Shown: positions 12,048 to 24,085 of the stretch, in pieces
Layout of the letters: the number at the start of each line of letters is the position of its first letter
How positions within the stretch are numbered: position 1 is the stretch's first letter
Assembly: GCF_018350175.1 (NCBI RefSeq)
Contig: NC_058369.1
Coordinates: 4,404,001-4,468,000 of the forward strand
DNA from: Felis catus
Lineage: Eukaryota
Reading direction: 5' to 3'
Length of the DNA: 64,000 nucleotides
Program-made: the position numbers and the translations under genes
The notes under the pieces: model-generated
The model's database searches: none
Told to the model about the DNA's origin: nothing
What the model saw: the letters and a program-made list of their open reading frames with translations, nothing else

Positions 12048-12275
12048 GGGGCGCCTGGGTGGCTCAGTCGGTTGAGTGACCGACTTCGGCTCAAGTCACG
12101 ATCGCACGGTTCGTGGGTTCGAGCCCCGCGTCGGGCTTTGCGCTGACAGCACAGAGCTTGCTTCGGATTCTGTCTCCTTCTCTCTCTGCCCCTCCCTCAC
12201 TCAAATGCGCACACTCTCTCTTTCTTGCTCAAAAAGAAATATTAACAAAATTAAAAGATAAATAAAAAAACTTAA
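12048..12275 (+). mobile_element. CAN-SINE inserted in the tail of the preceding SINE
   Basis: ggggcgcctgggtggctcagtcggttgag head directly after an A-rich tail. Confidence 0.9.
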
Positions 12276-12328
12276 AAAACTTAAGAAAACTTATAAGGTA
12301 ACATATGCATGTGGTTAAGAATTCACTT

Positions 12329-12540
12329 GGGGCGCCTGGGTGGCTCATTCAGTTGAGCGTCCGACTTCGGCTCAGGTCATGATCTCACGGCTCGTGAGTT
12401 CGAGCCCCGCATCGGGCTCTGTGCTGACAGGTCGGGGCCTGGAGCCTGCTTCTGCTTCTGTGTCTCCCTCTCTCGCCCCTAGCCCACTTGCATTCTGTCT
12501 CTGTCTCTGTCAAAAATAAATAAACATTTAAAAAAAAAAA
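12329..12540 (+). mobile_element. CAN-SINE
   Basis: TSD aagaattcact at 12317 and 12541. Confidence 0.93.
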
Positions 12541-12699
12541 AAGAATTCACTAGAAGGAAAAGGTACCTAAAACAGCAAGCCTCCCTCTTCTCTTGTCCTT
12601 CCTGTCACAGAAACAGTCTTTCTACTGGTAATCATTTTTAGCAGCTAGAGTGTTTAGTTCTTATAATTCCTAGAACTTTTAACAATAGAGTCCTACTTC

Positions 12700-12990
12700 T
12701 TAAATCAGTTTTCAAAATTTTAAACTTTTCCTTTGGAAATAATTCCAGACGTACAAAAACACTGTAAAATTGGTGCCAAGAATTCCCGCAGACCCTTTCC
12801 ACCAGCCTCCCTGAAATGTTAGCATCTCCCGTGACCACGGAACCAGGTCTCACGTGACCTCAGCACAAGGACCAAGACCCAGAAATCAACCCCCACTCAC
12901 CACGCTCAGCCAACCGAAAGGGCTCATTAGAATGTGACGGTCCTTGCACTCCTGTCCTTTTTCTGGCCCGGGATCCAGTCCAGAGTCACA
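12700..12990 (-). mobile_element. Old L1 3' fragment (L1MC/ME-type)
   Basis: ttggaaataattccagacgtacaaaaacactgtaaaa...aatgttagcatc. Confidence 0.5.
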
Positions 12991-13359
12991 CGCTGTGGTC
13001 ATTTTGCATACACAGCCGTGAGAGAAAATACCAGAAAAATGAGAAATGGGCGGGGAGTGGAAGAAGCTTTTATTAGATCAACGACCCATTTGTCCACAGT
13101 CGCCCTTGACCTCCCACGTGGGTTTGCGTCGCCCTGCACAGGAACAACGGATTCTCCGGTAAATTAATTGAGGCTTTTCAGAATGAGCACAGAAGAACGT
13201 TTTCCAGGATGACAGTCACATTGTTTACTTTTGTCACTAGAGGAGACCAGAGACGAAAACCTCAGATCCGTCTCAAAGCGGTGCTCCTGAGCAAACGCAG
13301 GTAGTGCTCCCGCCTTTACGGAGAAATGCGCAAAACCAGATTCAGAAGTGATGATGTCG

Positions 13360-13590
13360 GGGGCGCCTGGGGGGGCTCAGTCGGTTAGGGGCTAAGTCCA
13401 ACTTTGGCTCAGGTCACGATCTCACGGTTTGTGGGTTCGAGCCCTGCGTCGGGCTCTGTGCTGACAGCTCAGAGCCTGGAGCCTGCTTCAGATTCTGTCT
13501 CCCTCTCTCTCTGCCCCTTGCCCGCTCACACTCTGTCTCTCACTCTCTCAAAAATAAACATTAAAAACAATAACAAAAAATTTTTAAAAA
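13360..13590 (+). mobile_element. CAN-SINE
   Basis: TSD gtgatgatgtc on both sides. Confidence 0.9.
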
Positions 13591-13603
13591 GGGTGATGAT
13601 GTC

Positions 13604-13850
13604 ATTGAATGTTTGTCCAAACCCACAGAAGGCACAGCACCAGGCATGAACCCTGATGTCAACTAGGGGCTTTAGTTAATAATAACAGTGTGTCAAGATT
13701 GGCTCACTGGGGTAACAAACCTACCAAACTTACCCAAAATGCTAATAAGGGAAACTGTGTGTGTGTTGGTGGCGGGGGGGCTACGGGGATTCTCGTACTT
13801 CCTGTTCAATTTTTCTGTAAGCCTAAGACTGCGCTTAAAAAAAAAAAAAA
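13604..13850 (+). mobile_element. L1MC-type 3' end fragment
   Basis: ttgtccaaacccacagaa...aaccctgatgtcaacta...ttttctgtaagcctaagactg. Confidence 0.65.
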
Positions 13851-13858
13851 AAGGAGTC

Positions 13859-14085
13859 GGGGCGCCTGGGTGGCTCAGTCGGTGAGCATCAGACTTCAGC
13901 TCAGGTCATGATCCTGCGTTCATGGGTTCGAGCCCCGTGTCGTGTTGGGCTCTGTGCTGACAGCTCAGAGCCTGGAGCCTGCTTCAGGTTCTGTGTCAGT
14001 TTTGCTCTCTGTCCCTCCCCTGCTCATGCTCTGTCTCTCTCCCCCCCCCCCAAAAAAAAAGTTAAAAAATTATTTTAAAAAAAGG
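13859..14085 (+). mobile_element. CAN-SINE
   Basis: TSD aaaaaaggagtc. Confidence 0.9.
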
Positions 14086-16544
14086 AGTCTATTAAAGAAA
14101 AAAAGTGATGATAAATATTTTTTTAGTCAGAGAAAAAAGTGGATGCGCTATCGGCAAAATTCCTCCATCAAACAACGTGCGCTTGCTCCCAAAGGGTTTG
14201 CTCTGGCCGTTGGGCAAAAGCTCTGATGTGCAGAGGATGAGGCAGCTTCTAGCAAATGCTTGCGATGCGTCGGAGGTCGCTGTGCAGTTAAGGTGTTCCG
14301 CATCTTCACTGGCAGGCTATAGAGAAGACGTTTTCGTGGTTGATGATCCATCGTGAGCTGTGCCCTGTGTGGGTGGCACACCGGCCCCGCGGGCCACCTG
14401 GAAGGGTCACCGTGAGACCGGGAGGCCAGGCCACACAGCGGGAGCCACGGACGCTCCATTCACGGTCTCCCCTGGCCTTGACCCAGCGCAGATGAGCTGG
14501 ATGGAGTACACGGGATTCGGCTTTTCTGAACTCACGTGTGCCGGTGCTCGGGGCCGAGAGGCTCGCTTGTGTGTTGAAAGCCGGAGCTGAGTCTCTGATG
14601 ACACCAGTAGAGAAATTCCTATGATTTCAAGTGACGTGACTCCGGGGTGTGCGTTGTGGAACTTGGAGCCGTCGGTCCGGGGCCCTAAATATCGCCATTT
14701 CTCATGTCCGAAAGGAGATCTCAGGGTTTTCGAAGACGACTCAGTGTCCCAAGGGACTGGGCTGCCGATCCCCACTGGCTTCTCAAACCCAGCGCACGAG
14801 GGTTTTCTTCCTCTGGAGGAGGAAGCAATCATGGCAGTCTTAGGCAGATCTCAAGTCTTAGGCACATTTGAAAATCACAGCAGGCGCCACAAAGCTGATG
14901 CCAGTTCCTTCCGGGGCCGGAACGCGACCAGAGCAAGCTCAGAGCCCGCCTGACGCCGTTCTCCGAGGCGACGTCACTTCTCACCCTTCTGGCTTCGGCG
15001 TGGCACGTGCTGGAAGGCCAGCCGCGTGGCCTGGGCAGACACCATCCCTATCTCTGACGATCTCCGCCGCTACCTGTGAGCCAGGACCCCACTTTCCTGG
15101 AAGCTAAGAGTTCACGAAGACACCACCCAGAGGGGTCAAGTGGGACTTGGCCACCGGGTCGGCTTACCCTTCAGTAGGCCAGACCTAGGCCCCGATGAAC
15201 CACCGCGATGGCAAGTTCCCGCACGGACAGGAGTGCTGTGTTATTACTGTGAAAACTGGCCGGACCGTTTGCCTCCCTCAGTCCCCACGGTGTGGCCCAC
15301 GGGGGCCGCCCGACTGCGCGGCATGACTGCCTGCAGCCCGAGAGCCCCGCGGGCGGAGGGAGCGGCAGGGTCTCCACCCTGGGCGGCCCGAGGACCCCTG
15401 GCTCCCCCCACCCTGACACGACCCAAAGGGCCAATCCTGGGCTAGAGTGGCAGGGGCAGGCCTCTCGGGGGAGAACCTCTGTCGGGTGTGGTTGAAGAAA
15501 GTGCAGCGCTAAGCGGCTTTATCGAAAACGCACCATTCGGGCAACTCACTTTTCGGTTTTACAAGATACCGATGAAATAACTGAGACTCAAGAAAATCCA
15601 CCACGGAAGTCGGAAACCTCTCCTCAAGGCCGCAGGGTGATTCCCTCCAGCCTCCGCCTCTGTTCTCGGAATCAACTCGAAGTCCCAAAACTCTGACGGG
15701 CAAAGCTGGCAGGCGTCAAGTGCCGGGGGCCTCAGGAGCCTCGGGTTAATTCTGTGGTTCCTGGAAAGTCCCACAGATCCCTGCTGCAAACGTGTGACAT
15801 GTTCCTGTGCCAAAACAGGTCGATAAACAAGCGAGCAGGCAGGGTCGGGAACCAGATCGTCTTCTGGAACGATCATTCTCTGGGGCTTGCATGGAGAGGG
15901 GTGTCAAAACACAGCCCATTCCTGGATTCCCAATTGGTTTAAAAACACGATTCTTCTGAAGTGACCGGACGACAAACCACAGTGGCCGGGTGGCCGAGGC
16001 TCTGGGCAGCACATATGCTTGCAACAGGATAGCGTGGACCATAGAGAACGCTGTAGTTTCTCAGTAAATCTGTGACCCGCGACCCTAGTATGTGCTGCTA
16101 TTATGTACTGATGCAATTTACTAACTTCCAACCTGTCAGGTTCATGACAGTTAACGTGGTCTGTGAGGAATGTTTCTCATCAGTATCTGCTCTAAACTCA
16201 CATCCCTGCAGCCAGTCCTCCGAGGGAGTATACGTGTGGTTGCAAGTGGCCACCCAGGCCCTGCCGGGTGGAAGGGACTGAGCGAGGCGAGGTGCGAGCT
16301 GGTGAGCCAGGACCAACCCCACCCCACATGCTACTGCCTCTAGAGAACAAGTGACTTTTCTCCACCTTGTCCACAGAACTGGGTCCTGGAGAGCACTCTG
16401 GACACAGAGGGCAGCAAAACTTGGGAGGGGGTGCTCTCTGACATCAGTGACCCCAAAGCACATCAGGACCAAAAGGACAGGGATGAGGCAGGAACATCAC
16501 CTTCTATTTTGGGAGGTTAGCCCCACACCAAAAGAGGAAGTTAC

Positions 16545-18070
16545 TTCCTAATTGATGATCGGTCAACATAATCTGTCACAGGAACAGTCTATAGAAGAAA
16601 CACTCATGGTCATATCAATGAAGAAAAAGCATTTGACAAAAGTAATATTCATTGATGATAAGGACTTGCAGAAAACTAGGGATGGAGGGGAATTTCCTCA
16701 ATCTGAAAAAGGGCATCTATGAAAACCCAGAGCCAATATGACACTTAGTGGTGAAAGACTGAAGATTTTCCCCTAAGACTGGGGACAAAGCAAGGATGTC
16801 CACTCTTGCCACGCCTGTTCAACACTGTACTGGAAGTCCTAGCTAGTGCAAAAAGACAAGGAAAAGGAATAAAAGTTATCCAGATTGGAAAGGGAGAAGT
16901 AAAATTGTTCCCACTCACAGACAACAAAAAACTCTTGCAGCTCTTATAAGTGAGTCCAGGGAGGCTGCAGCATGCGAGGCCAACAGCCAAAAATGAGCAG
17001 TTGGAAACTGAAATTAAAAATCAATACCATTTATAATAGCTCCAAAAACATAAACTATTTAGGCATAAATCTAACAAAATATGTACAGAATTTATAGGCC
17101 ACAAATTACAAAATGCTGACGTAAGACATCAAAGATCTAAATAAATGGAAAAAACATACTATGTTCATGGATGGGAAGACCCAACACAGTAAAGATGTCA
17201 GTTCTCCCCAAATTGATCTACAGGTCTAATATTGTTTAATCAAAATCTCACTATGAATTTTTTGTAGATATAGACAGACTGACCTAAAACTTATATAGAA
17301 AATTCTAAATTTATGTAAACAGCCAACATAATAGTGAAGTGAGAGGAAACGCTCTACCCAATCTGGAATGGAAAGACACTCTAAAGACTGGGAGAACATA
17401 TTTGCAAATCACATCTCTGACAGGGGACTCATATCCAGGATATATAAAAAACTCTCAACACTCCACAGTATGAAAACAAACCACCCAGTTAAAAAATAGG
17501 CAAATGACGTGAACTGATAGGTCACCAAAGAGCATATAACGAAAGGCAAGCAATCGCATAGAAAGCTGCTCACCATCATTAGCGATTAAGAAAACGCAAA
17601 TCACAACCACAGTGAGATATCACTACACACCTTATGAGAACGTCGAAAATGAAAAATGGTTGACAACATCAAGTGCTGGTGACGAAGTGGAGCATGGGGA
17701 CTCATACGCCGGGGGTGGGGTGGGGGGGACGCAAAATGGTACAGCCACTTGGGAAAACTGTTGGTGGTTTCTGATCACATTCAACAGACACTTACCACGT
17801 GAACCAGCAATCTTGCTTGTAAGTATTTACCCAGAAGAAAGGAAAACGTATGTCCATACAAGAACCTGTACGTGAGGACTTACAGAAGCTTTATTCATAA
17901 TCACCAAAAAACTGGAAATTGCCCAAGTGACCCTCAAAGGGTGAATGGATAGGTGAGCTGCGGTATAATGGAATCCTTCCCAGTAGCAAAGAAGCAGCTG
18001 GTATGGATTCGTGTGATAATCTGAATGGGTCTCAAAGGCACCACTGTGAGTGCCAAGAAGGGTCAGTTTT
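16545..18070 (+). mobile_element. Old L1 ORF2/3'UTR fragments with internal deletions
   Basis: gaaaaagcatttgacaaa, caaagcaaggatgtccactcttgcc (RT region), then C-terminal and 3'UTR text. Confidence 0.82.
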
Positions 18071-18542
18071 ACTCTGTTAATTTCCCAAATGAACTAAAAT
18101 AAAAGTAAGTGTGGAAAATAGGCTTTGAGAGCAGACATGTTTTTAAAGCAGGTCAGGAGCAGAGTCTGGGGCAGGACCCTGGCGGCAACAAGGGGGTGCA
18201 GTTCCCGAGGGAGACTGCTCCCTGCCGAGGTCGGTCCAGCGGTCACGGGGATAGACGGGCCTGGGCCTCTCAGAGGGCGACGCCAAGGGTGGCGGTCCCA
18301 CCAGCACGGCGACGCTGGCCCTGGATGCAATTTCCACAGCAGCCCGGGAGGGGCCTTTTACCCTCTCTGTTTACCACGGGGTACCTGGTTCCAAGGGGTG
18401 GACACTTGCCTCGGACCACGCGCCCTTCCTGGCCGCAGAGCTCCGGCTCCGGTGCCCCAGGCTGCCTTTCACTCACCATCCCCGCTGGCGAGGAGAGTCT
18501 ATTCTGGGTCTACCCCGCTGCCCCAGACAGCCTCGTACGTAC

Positions 18543-18804
18543 CGTAGCTGGCGATGACCGGGAAGTGTGGGCCAGGGAGTGTCTCGTGCCGTCCATCCCC
18601 CCGTGGATGAGATAGGCTCCCGCGCTGGAGACAATAGGGCTCCCCCCGACATCCATGGTGATGCCCACCATGCTGTGGGAGGGGACCGCCGGCGGGGAGG
18701 AGCCTGCCACGGTCACCTGGGCGCCGCCCGGGGCCTCGAAGTAAGACGCTGTGCTGCTCGGGGCGTACATCTGAGGCTCGGGGTTGTAGGCGTAGGCCGT
18801 CCGT
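18543..18804 (-). CDS. RFX2: RFX2 coding exon, RTAYAYNPEPQMYAPSSTASYFEAPGG...HSLAHTSRSSPAT (262 nt)
   Basis: Acceptor cttcctgacag|A, donor ACG|gtacgt, phase 2/0. Overlaps ORF-track 18510..18770. Confidence 0.96.
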
Positions 18805-20219
18805 CTGTCAGGAAGAGAGGAGGTGCCTCCTGAGTCTCACCGGGGTCCGGGAGGACTCCACGTTAAGGCGGAGCCCCAGGAGACCGCGCCTACGGGGTCA
18901 CTCAGACACGAGGGGTCAGGGCAGTGCAAAGTTCAAAGCGATCGTTTCTGAAAATATTAAGGATCGCGGGATGACCCATCGAAACCGATGGAACAATTCT
19001 GTGTCTTATGGTTACACAAAATCTACTCGTGGGGTAAAATGGCGCAGAGCGCGCACGCGTGTAGGACGATAGACGGGACTGAGGCCCGCAGGCTGGCTGG
19101 CGGTGTATCCCCAAGTCAATTTCCTGGTATCGTGCTGCGGTCACGGAAGATGCCCCCCCTGGGGGAGGCTGTGTGCTAATTCTGCAATTTCTTTAGAGTC
19201 TATGATTCTTTCAGAATGAAAAGGTTTGCAAAATGAAATTGCATACTTAAAAGAACTTCTAACGATACCAAGAATTTGCCTGATGTTCCTTTACCATCTG
19301 GATGAAATGATTAACCATGCGGCTTGAGACTCACTTAAGTTCCGCTCACTCCTGTCGAGCTGACCCCAGTAAAAGACTAAAGCGTAGCGATGTGTCGTGA
19401 GCTGGCCCCTCCTCGTGGCAGTGAGGCCCCTGTGACCGCCTCCCAGAAGTGTGCTCTCCTTCCTGTCCCGACCCCACCCCAGGGCGACAGCTTATCTAAC
19501 TGCAGCGCAGGATCGAGCCCAGGGGCACGGGTCAACCTGCAGACCTCACTCAGCTTTCACGGGCTGTTCACGCCCTGTTCACGTCCTGACGTGGGTCTGT
19601 GCATATCTCGGAAGCTTCGGCGCTGTGCTGCAGAAGCTCACACAGCTCCAGCCGTCACGGCCGCCAGCCTTCATGCCCACCCCTCAACTTCTGAAAGGGG
19701 GTGATGGAAAGCAAATGGGCAAAGGGGCTCGTGTCTTAAGCGCAATGAGCTTCATGGGAAATGTATCATTTTCTGCCCCGAGCGCCACATAGTTGGAAGG
19801 CAGAACATTCTAGAAGTCCTTGACAAATGGAAAATCAAGTTTTAGCAACCTCATAAAGAGCCAGAGGTGAACACAGGCAAGGATGAGAAGGCAGAGATAA
19901 AAATGGTCTCTGGGTTGTGAAGACTGAACCTTCAGACTTAAAAGCTGGATTAGGTTTTCGTTTCGTTTCATTTTGTTGAAAGACTGCCTTTTCTGGGAGT
20001 AAAAACTACAAAGGCCTGTGATTTCTGAAATCTCCACAGGGCTCTGATGCCCTCAGACTGTCCTAATGGTTCCCACACCACCCAAAGGGGGAGGAGGAGA
20101 AGTTTGCGAGTACAGGCCCCAAATGGAAAAAGGTAGGGTAGTCGTGAGAGAAGGTTCCGGACGTGGCCCACGCTTCTCTGACAGGCGGGCCCTTCCGAGG
20201 GGAGAGGAAACCCACGTAC

Positions 20220-20299
20220 AAGGCTCCATTGGTGTAGACCGTGTCTCCGCCTTCCACGTACTGCACCTGCGGGGGGTACACGTGCTGCACGGGCTGGAC
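20220..20299 (-). CDS. RFX2: RFX2 coding exon, VQPVQHVYPPQVQYVEGGDTVYTNGA(L) (80 nt)
   Basis: Acceptor tgttccag|GTC, donor TT|gtacgt, phase 0/2. QVQYVEG motif of the RFX1/2/3 activation region. Confidence 0.95.
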
Positions 20300-21255
20300 C
20301 TGGAACATGAACATCAGATACCTCGTGTCACACACACCAGTCACCTTGCTGTTCAGCCTGTCCGTGTCTTCTGTGGCCTTTTGTGGACATTGACTCCTAT
20401 GTTTCCGATCTGGGGCGTCAGACACCCCTCGCCCTACAGGGCAGGGGGCGCAAGGCGGTTATACTCTACATGGCCGGGCGGCCCTGGCACCCCTCCCCAG
20501 AGGGGCCGGGGTCCTTGGAAGGAGAAACGTGCCTGGAGTGGGAGATGGAGAGGGGGCACCGGGAAGCCTCGTCTGTGGCAGTGGCCGTGGCGCACCTCCG
20601 CGGACAGGGACGCTGGCCCTGGTGGTGGAGACCCAGAACTCTGCGCACAGACCTTGAAAACCTCACCACGGAGGGAACCTTAATGGATGCCTAATCCAGC
20701 TTCCTTTTGGGGTGAAAAAATCTGGGGCTGGGTGTCATCGTGACCGCTAAGCCTTCGTGTGGGGTTGGCAGGATGGGACTGACTCCCACCTCCCAGGCCA
20801 GGCCAGGCCAGGCCAGCGTGGTGCTGGAGTTAACAATCGATGGATCGTGAGAAGCTTCTAGGGATTAACATGCTGGGCGGGCTGTGCCTTAGGGGACTGG
20901 GTGAAACACAGAAGTCACTCTGCCAGTCCAAGTTGCTCAGGGACAAAGGCCCCACAGAGAGGAAGCTTCTAGAATCACGACACTGGTCTTGTTCTCCTGT
21001 CCCCCAAGGAGCTGAGACAGAGCCACTGGCTCCCTGCCGGGCCTGCCGAAGCCTTCGCTTCTCTCCCACGACCCGAAAACCTGCTCCCGTTTTCACTGAC
21101 GCAGTTACCGGACAAGCGCCTCTAAACTCACCAGCTTGGATTTAAGCTGGAGCCGCCGGGGGAGAGAGGTGTGCTCTCTGGTCTCAGCTGTCACCACAAT
21201 CACGCTCAGGGGTCCTTTCAGGCAGGAATGTGCACTAATTTTAATTCTGTATGTG

Positions 21256-21452
21256 ACAGGGCACAAGTCCGCCAACTCCAGCCAAATCTGGCCCGTCTCT
21301 TTTTGTACATTAAGTTTCCCTGGGACACGGCCACGCCCCTTCGGGTACATCTACAGCTGCTTTTGTGGGACAGTGGCAGAGTCCAGCAGCTGGCCTGCTA
21401 AGCCAAAAAATACACTATTTGGCTTTTTCCGGAAAAGTTCTGCCCTCCGCTG
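21256..21452 (-). mobile_element. MER58A-like fragment
   Basis: gccaaatctggccc...ggccacgcccc...gccaaaaaatacactatttggctttttccggaaaagt. Confidence 0.6.
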
Positions 21453-21825
21453 TCCCGGATCATGCCGACTCTGTGTGGCTGGTGCACCCAGGCCCTGAAG
21501 CTCGGTTGCCAGATAACCTCATGTCACAAGAAGTGCTTCCTGGGTCGTGCACTCGTCTGAGGGCACGACAATTGCCTCCCCAAGAGGTTCCATGTTCCTC
21601 CAAACCTGAAACTTGGCTCTCTGTCTGCGTGTCTACCTCAGCACCCCAGTGCTCCGTCGGGGTGCTGGGTTGCCCCCCAAATGCTGAATCTCTGAATGAA
21701 TGAAAGATCGTCAGCTTTCTTGGCTTGTTGCAAACTATCTGCAGTAAAAGAATTTTTTTAAACATAGCTTTCAAGCGGCTGAGCCTTGAGAAAGGCTGAG
21801 CCTTTCAAGGGGCATAGCTTTCAAG

Positions 21826-22040
21826 GGGTGGCTCAGTCGGTTAAGCATCCAACTTCGGCTCAGGTCATGATCTCACAGTCCACAGTCTGTGGGTTCGAGC
21901 CCCGCGTCAGGCTCCGTGCTGACAGCTCAGAGCCTGGAGCCTGCTTCGGATTCTGTGACTCCCTCTCTCTGCCTCTCCTCCCTTGCTCGCACTCTGTCTC
22001 TCTCTCTCTCTCAAAAATCAATAAACATTAAAAAATTTTT
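21826..22040 (+). mobile_element. CAN-SINE, 5'-truncated, with a complex 5' junction
   Basis: Begins gggtggctcagtcgg. TSD ttttaaacatagc(t/c)ttcaa. Confidence 0.9.
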
Positions 22041-22189
22041 TTAAACATAGCCTTCAAAAGAACCTTCTGGTACAGAGCTGAAGATATCAAAGACAAAGCA
22101 ATAGCAACAACAGAAAAGGGTGCATTGTCCAGAGAGGGCACCGGATCACTCAGTGCTGATGTGTCCTGTTTCACCTGGGCTATAGTTAC

Positions 22190-22279
22190 CTGCTGTGGCA
22201 CCTGCTGGACCCTGGGGAGGGAGATTGGCTGCATCTGGGCCCCTTTGGGAGCCGAGCCCGCTGTCTGGACCAACACTCT
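22190..22279 (-). CDS. RFX2: RFX2 coding exon, RVLVQTAGSAPKGAQMQPISLPRVQQVPQQ (90 nt)
   Basis: Acceptor ccattttag|AGA, donor CAG|gtaact, phase 0/0. Peptide matches RFX2. Confidence 0.95.
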
Positions 22280-22415
22280 CTAAAATGGAAGGAGAAAAGG
22301 ACATTTAGACTTGTCAGAGGTTAGTCCTTAAAGCAAATACAGGTTATAACCAGGGCTACCGCCATCTACTCCACCATCACCTTCCAGAAACATAAGCGAG
22401 ATTGGCAGGAGAGGA

Positions 22416-22420
22416 GTGTG

Positions 22421-22453
<33 letters not shown>
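22416..22453 (+). repeat. (GT)/(GC)/(CA)13 alternating purine-pyrimidine microsatellite
   Basis: gtgtgcgcgcgcacacac... read directly. Confidence 0.9.
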
Positions 22454-23980
22454 TCTCTCATTCGCACGCAGGAGCACATGCGCCTCCACCTGCCCCCAGC
22501 AGCTCTCCCTCCCTCGGGTCTGTCTGCGAGGTGGCCTGGGCTGTCCCTGACATCAGGCTGAGAGGCTGGGTGATAAGAAGAACCCTGCAGACAGCTGTCC
22601 ACACCACCTTTCCCATCCCTGGCACCAAGCTGGGGCTGGTGGCCGCACGTGTCCAGCGCGGTGGGAAGCTATGCCGGACGGGGCAAGCTGGAAGGTGAAG
22701 CGTGAAGAGCCCGTTGGGGGAACTGAGGCAGCAGGAACTCTTCTCTCTGGCAAGGAGAGAGGCACCCACTGTTGCGGGGAGGCAGGGAAGCCCACCAGCA
22801 GGAGCGCTTGGAACTTTCCAGAAAGAGAGCACCCCATGTCAGCGGCAGGGAGTCTGCACGGGGAGCAGACAATGCACCCCGGGGACGGGGGGAGGTGAGG
22901 CCAGGGACGGCGCGTGGGTGGCTGCGGGGACCGGATGCATTGCTGGCAGGGACGAAGCCTTGGAACTTGGGAGGCACGCGGTGGCCATGGCAGGACCCTG
23001 GAGGCAGGGCCTGGGCCCCAGCCAGCCCGTGGCTGCTACCGAGGAAGGCTGGGCCACTCAGGCCCGAGACTGCGGTGTGGCGAGAAGGAGCCAAGGCGGC
23101 CGGAGGCGGAGGGCCGGCGTGTCAGGTTCAAGCGGGCAGGGAAACAAGTCAATTAGCTACAACTCGGTCTGATCACATCCCCTTGGTGCCCTGAGACGGG
23201 CTTCCAAGGCCCACACCGGGGCTGCGTGTTTGCAAGAAATGAGAGCTTAAACACGTCTGCTTATCTGTTCTGAAATGAACAAGCCGCTTTCACGTCTGCC
23301 CTTTGGTTTGGGCTGAATTATGGGGCTTTTCTACCTTTGTCAATTCTGTCATGCTTCTGACTTTTGGATTCGTACTCGTAGGTGGTCACATGGCCACAGG
23401 GGGCCTCCGTGCATGTCTCCAGGTTTCCAGTCTATTCCGTGGCCTTCAGCTTGGTGTGGTCCTACATCGCTAACTTTATGTTTAAGTCTATGGTGTGTTT
23501 CCAGCCGTGGTAGAAATCCAGAAGAGAAGAGCCTTAACGTGGAAGTTCTCTCCTCGCAAATTGTAAAGAACGTATCCGTTTGGATGGTAGCATTTTAACC
23601 GATCTTTTGCCTTATCCATAAGGTTTCCCCGTGTAATAGGGGTACTTCCAAGGCATAAGAAAATGTCCATTAAAAGACAGGAATATACCAAGCCAAGTTT
23701 CTTTTTTGAGTTTGTAGCGTTGGGTCCTTGGTGGGGACTTTGCAACAAATAGCGAAAAAGCCAGCGTGACATGGAGGGGCAGGGGGAACAGAACAGAGGG
23801 GTCGCTATTTCGACAGGAGCAGCGTTGGGACCGTAATGTCAGTTCAGGAAAATATAGATTCCTTTCTCTGCTGCCTCAAGTGTTTTCCCAAACCTAAGTG
23901 GGGGCGTCCCCCCCCACCAGGCCACACTGGCTTTCTCAGAACAGCCTGAGCCCCGAGCAGCGGGCAGGCTGGTCTGTTAC

Positions 23981-24085
23981 CTGCGGGGAGGCTGGCACAG
24001 GCTGAGCCACGGGGGCCTGGGCTGCTGCCGACGGACACAGAGCCACAGAAGCCGGCGAATCGGATCCACCCTCTGAATTCTGCAT
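23981..24085 (-). CDS. RFX2: RFX2 first coding exon, MQNSEGGSDSPASVALCPSAAAQAPVAQPVPASPQ (35 aa). Exon begins at 24093 with 8 nt of 5'UTR
   Basis: Acceptor ctttctttag|AACTGAGC-ATG, donor CAG|gtaaca, phase 0. Matches the recalled RFX2 N-terminus MQNSEGGADSPASVAL. Confidence 0.95.

Noticed and set aside
20066..20683. 205-aa + strand ORF antisense to an RFX2 exon
   Set aside because: No homology recognised; antisense open frames are common over GC-rich exons.
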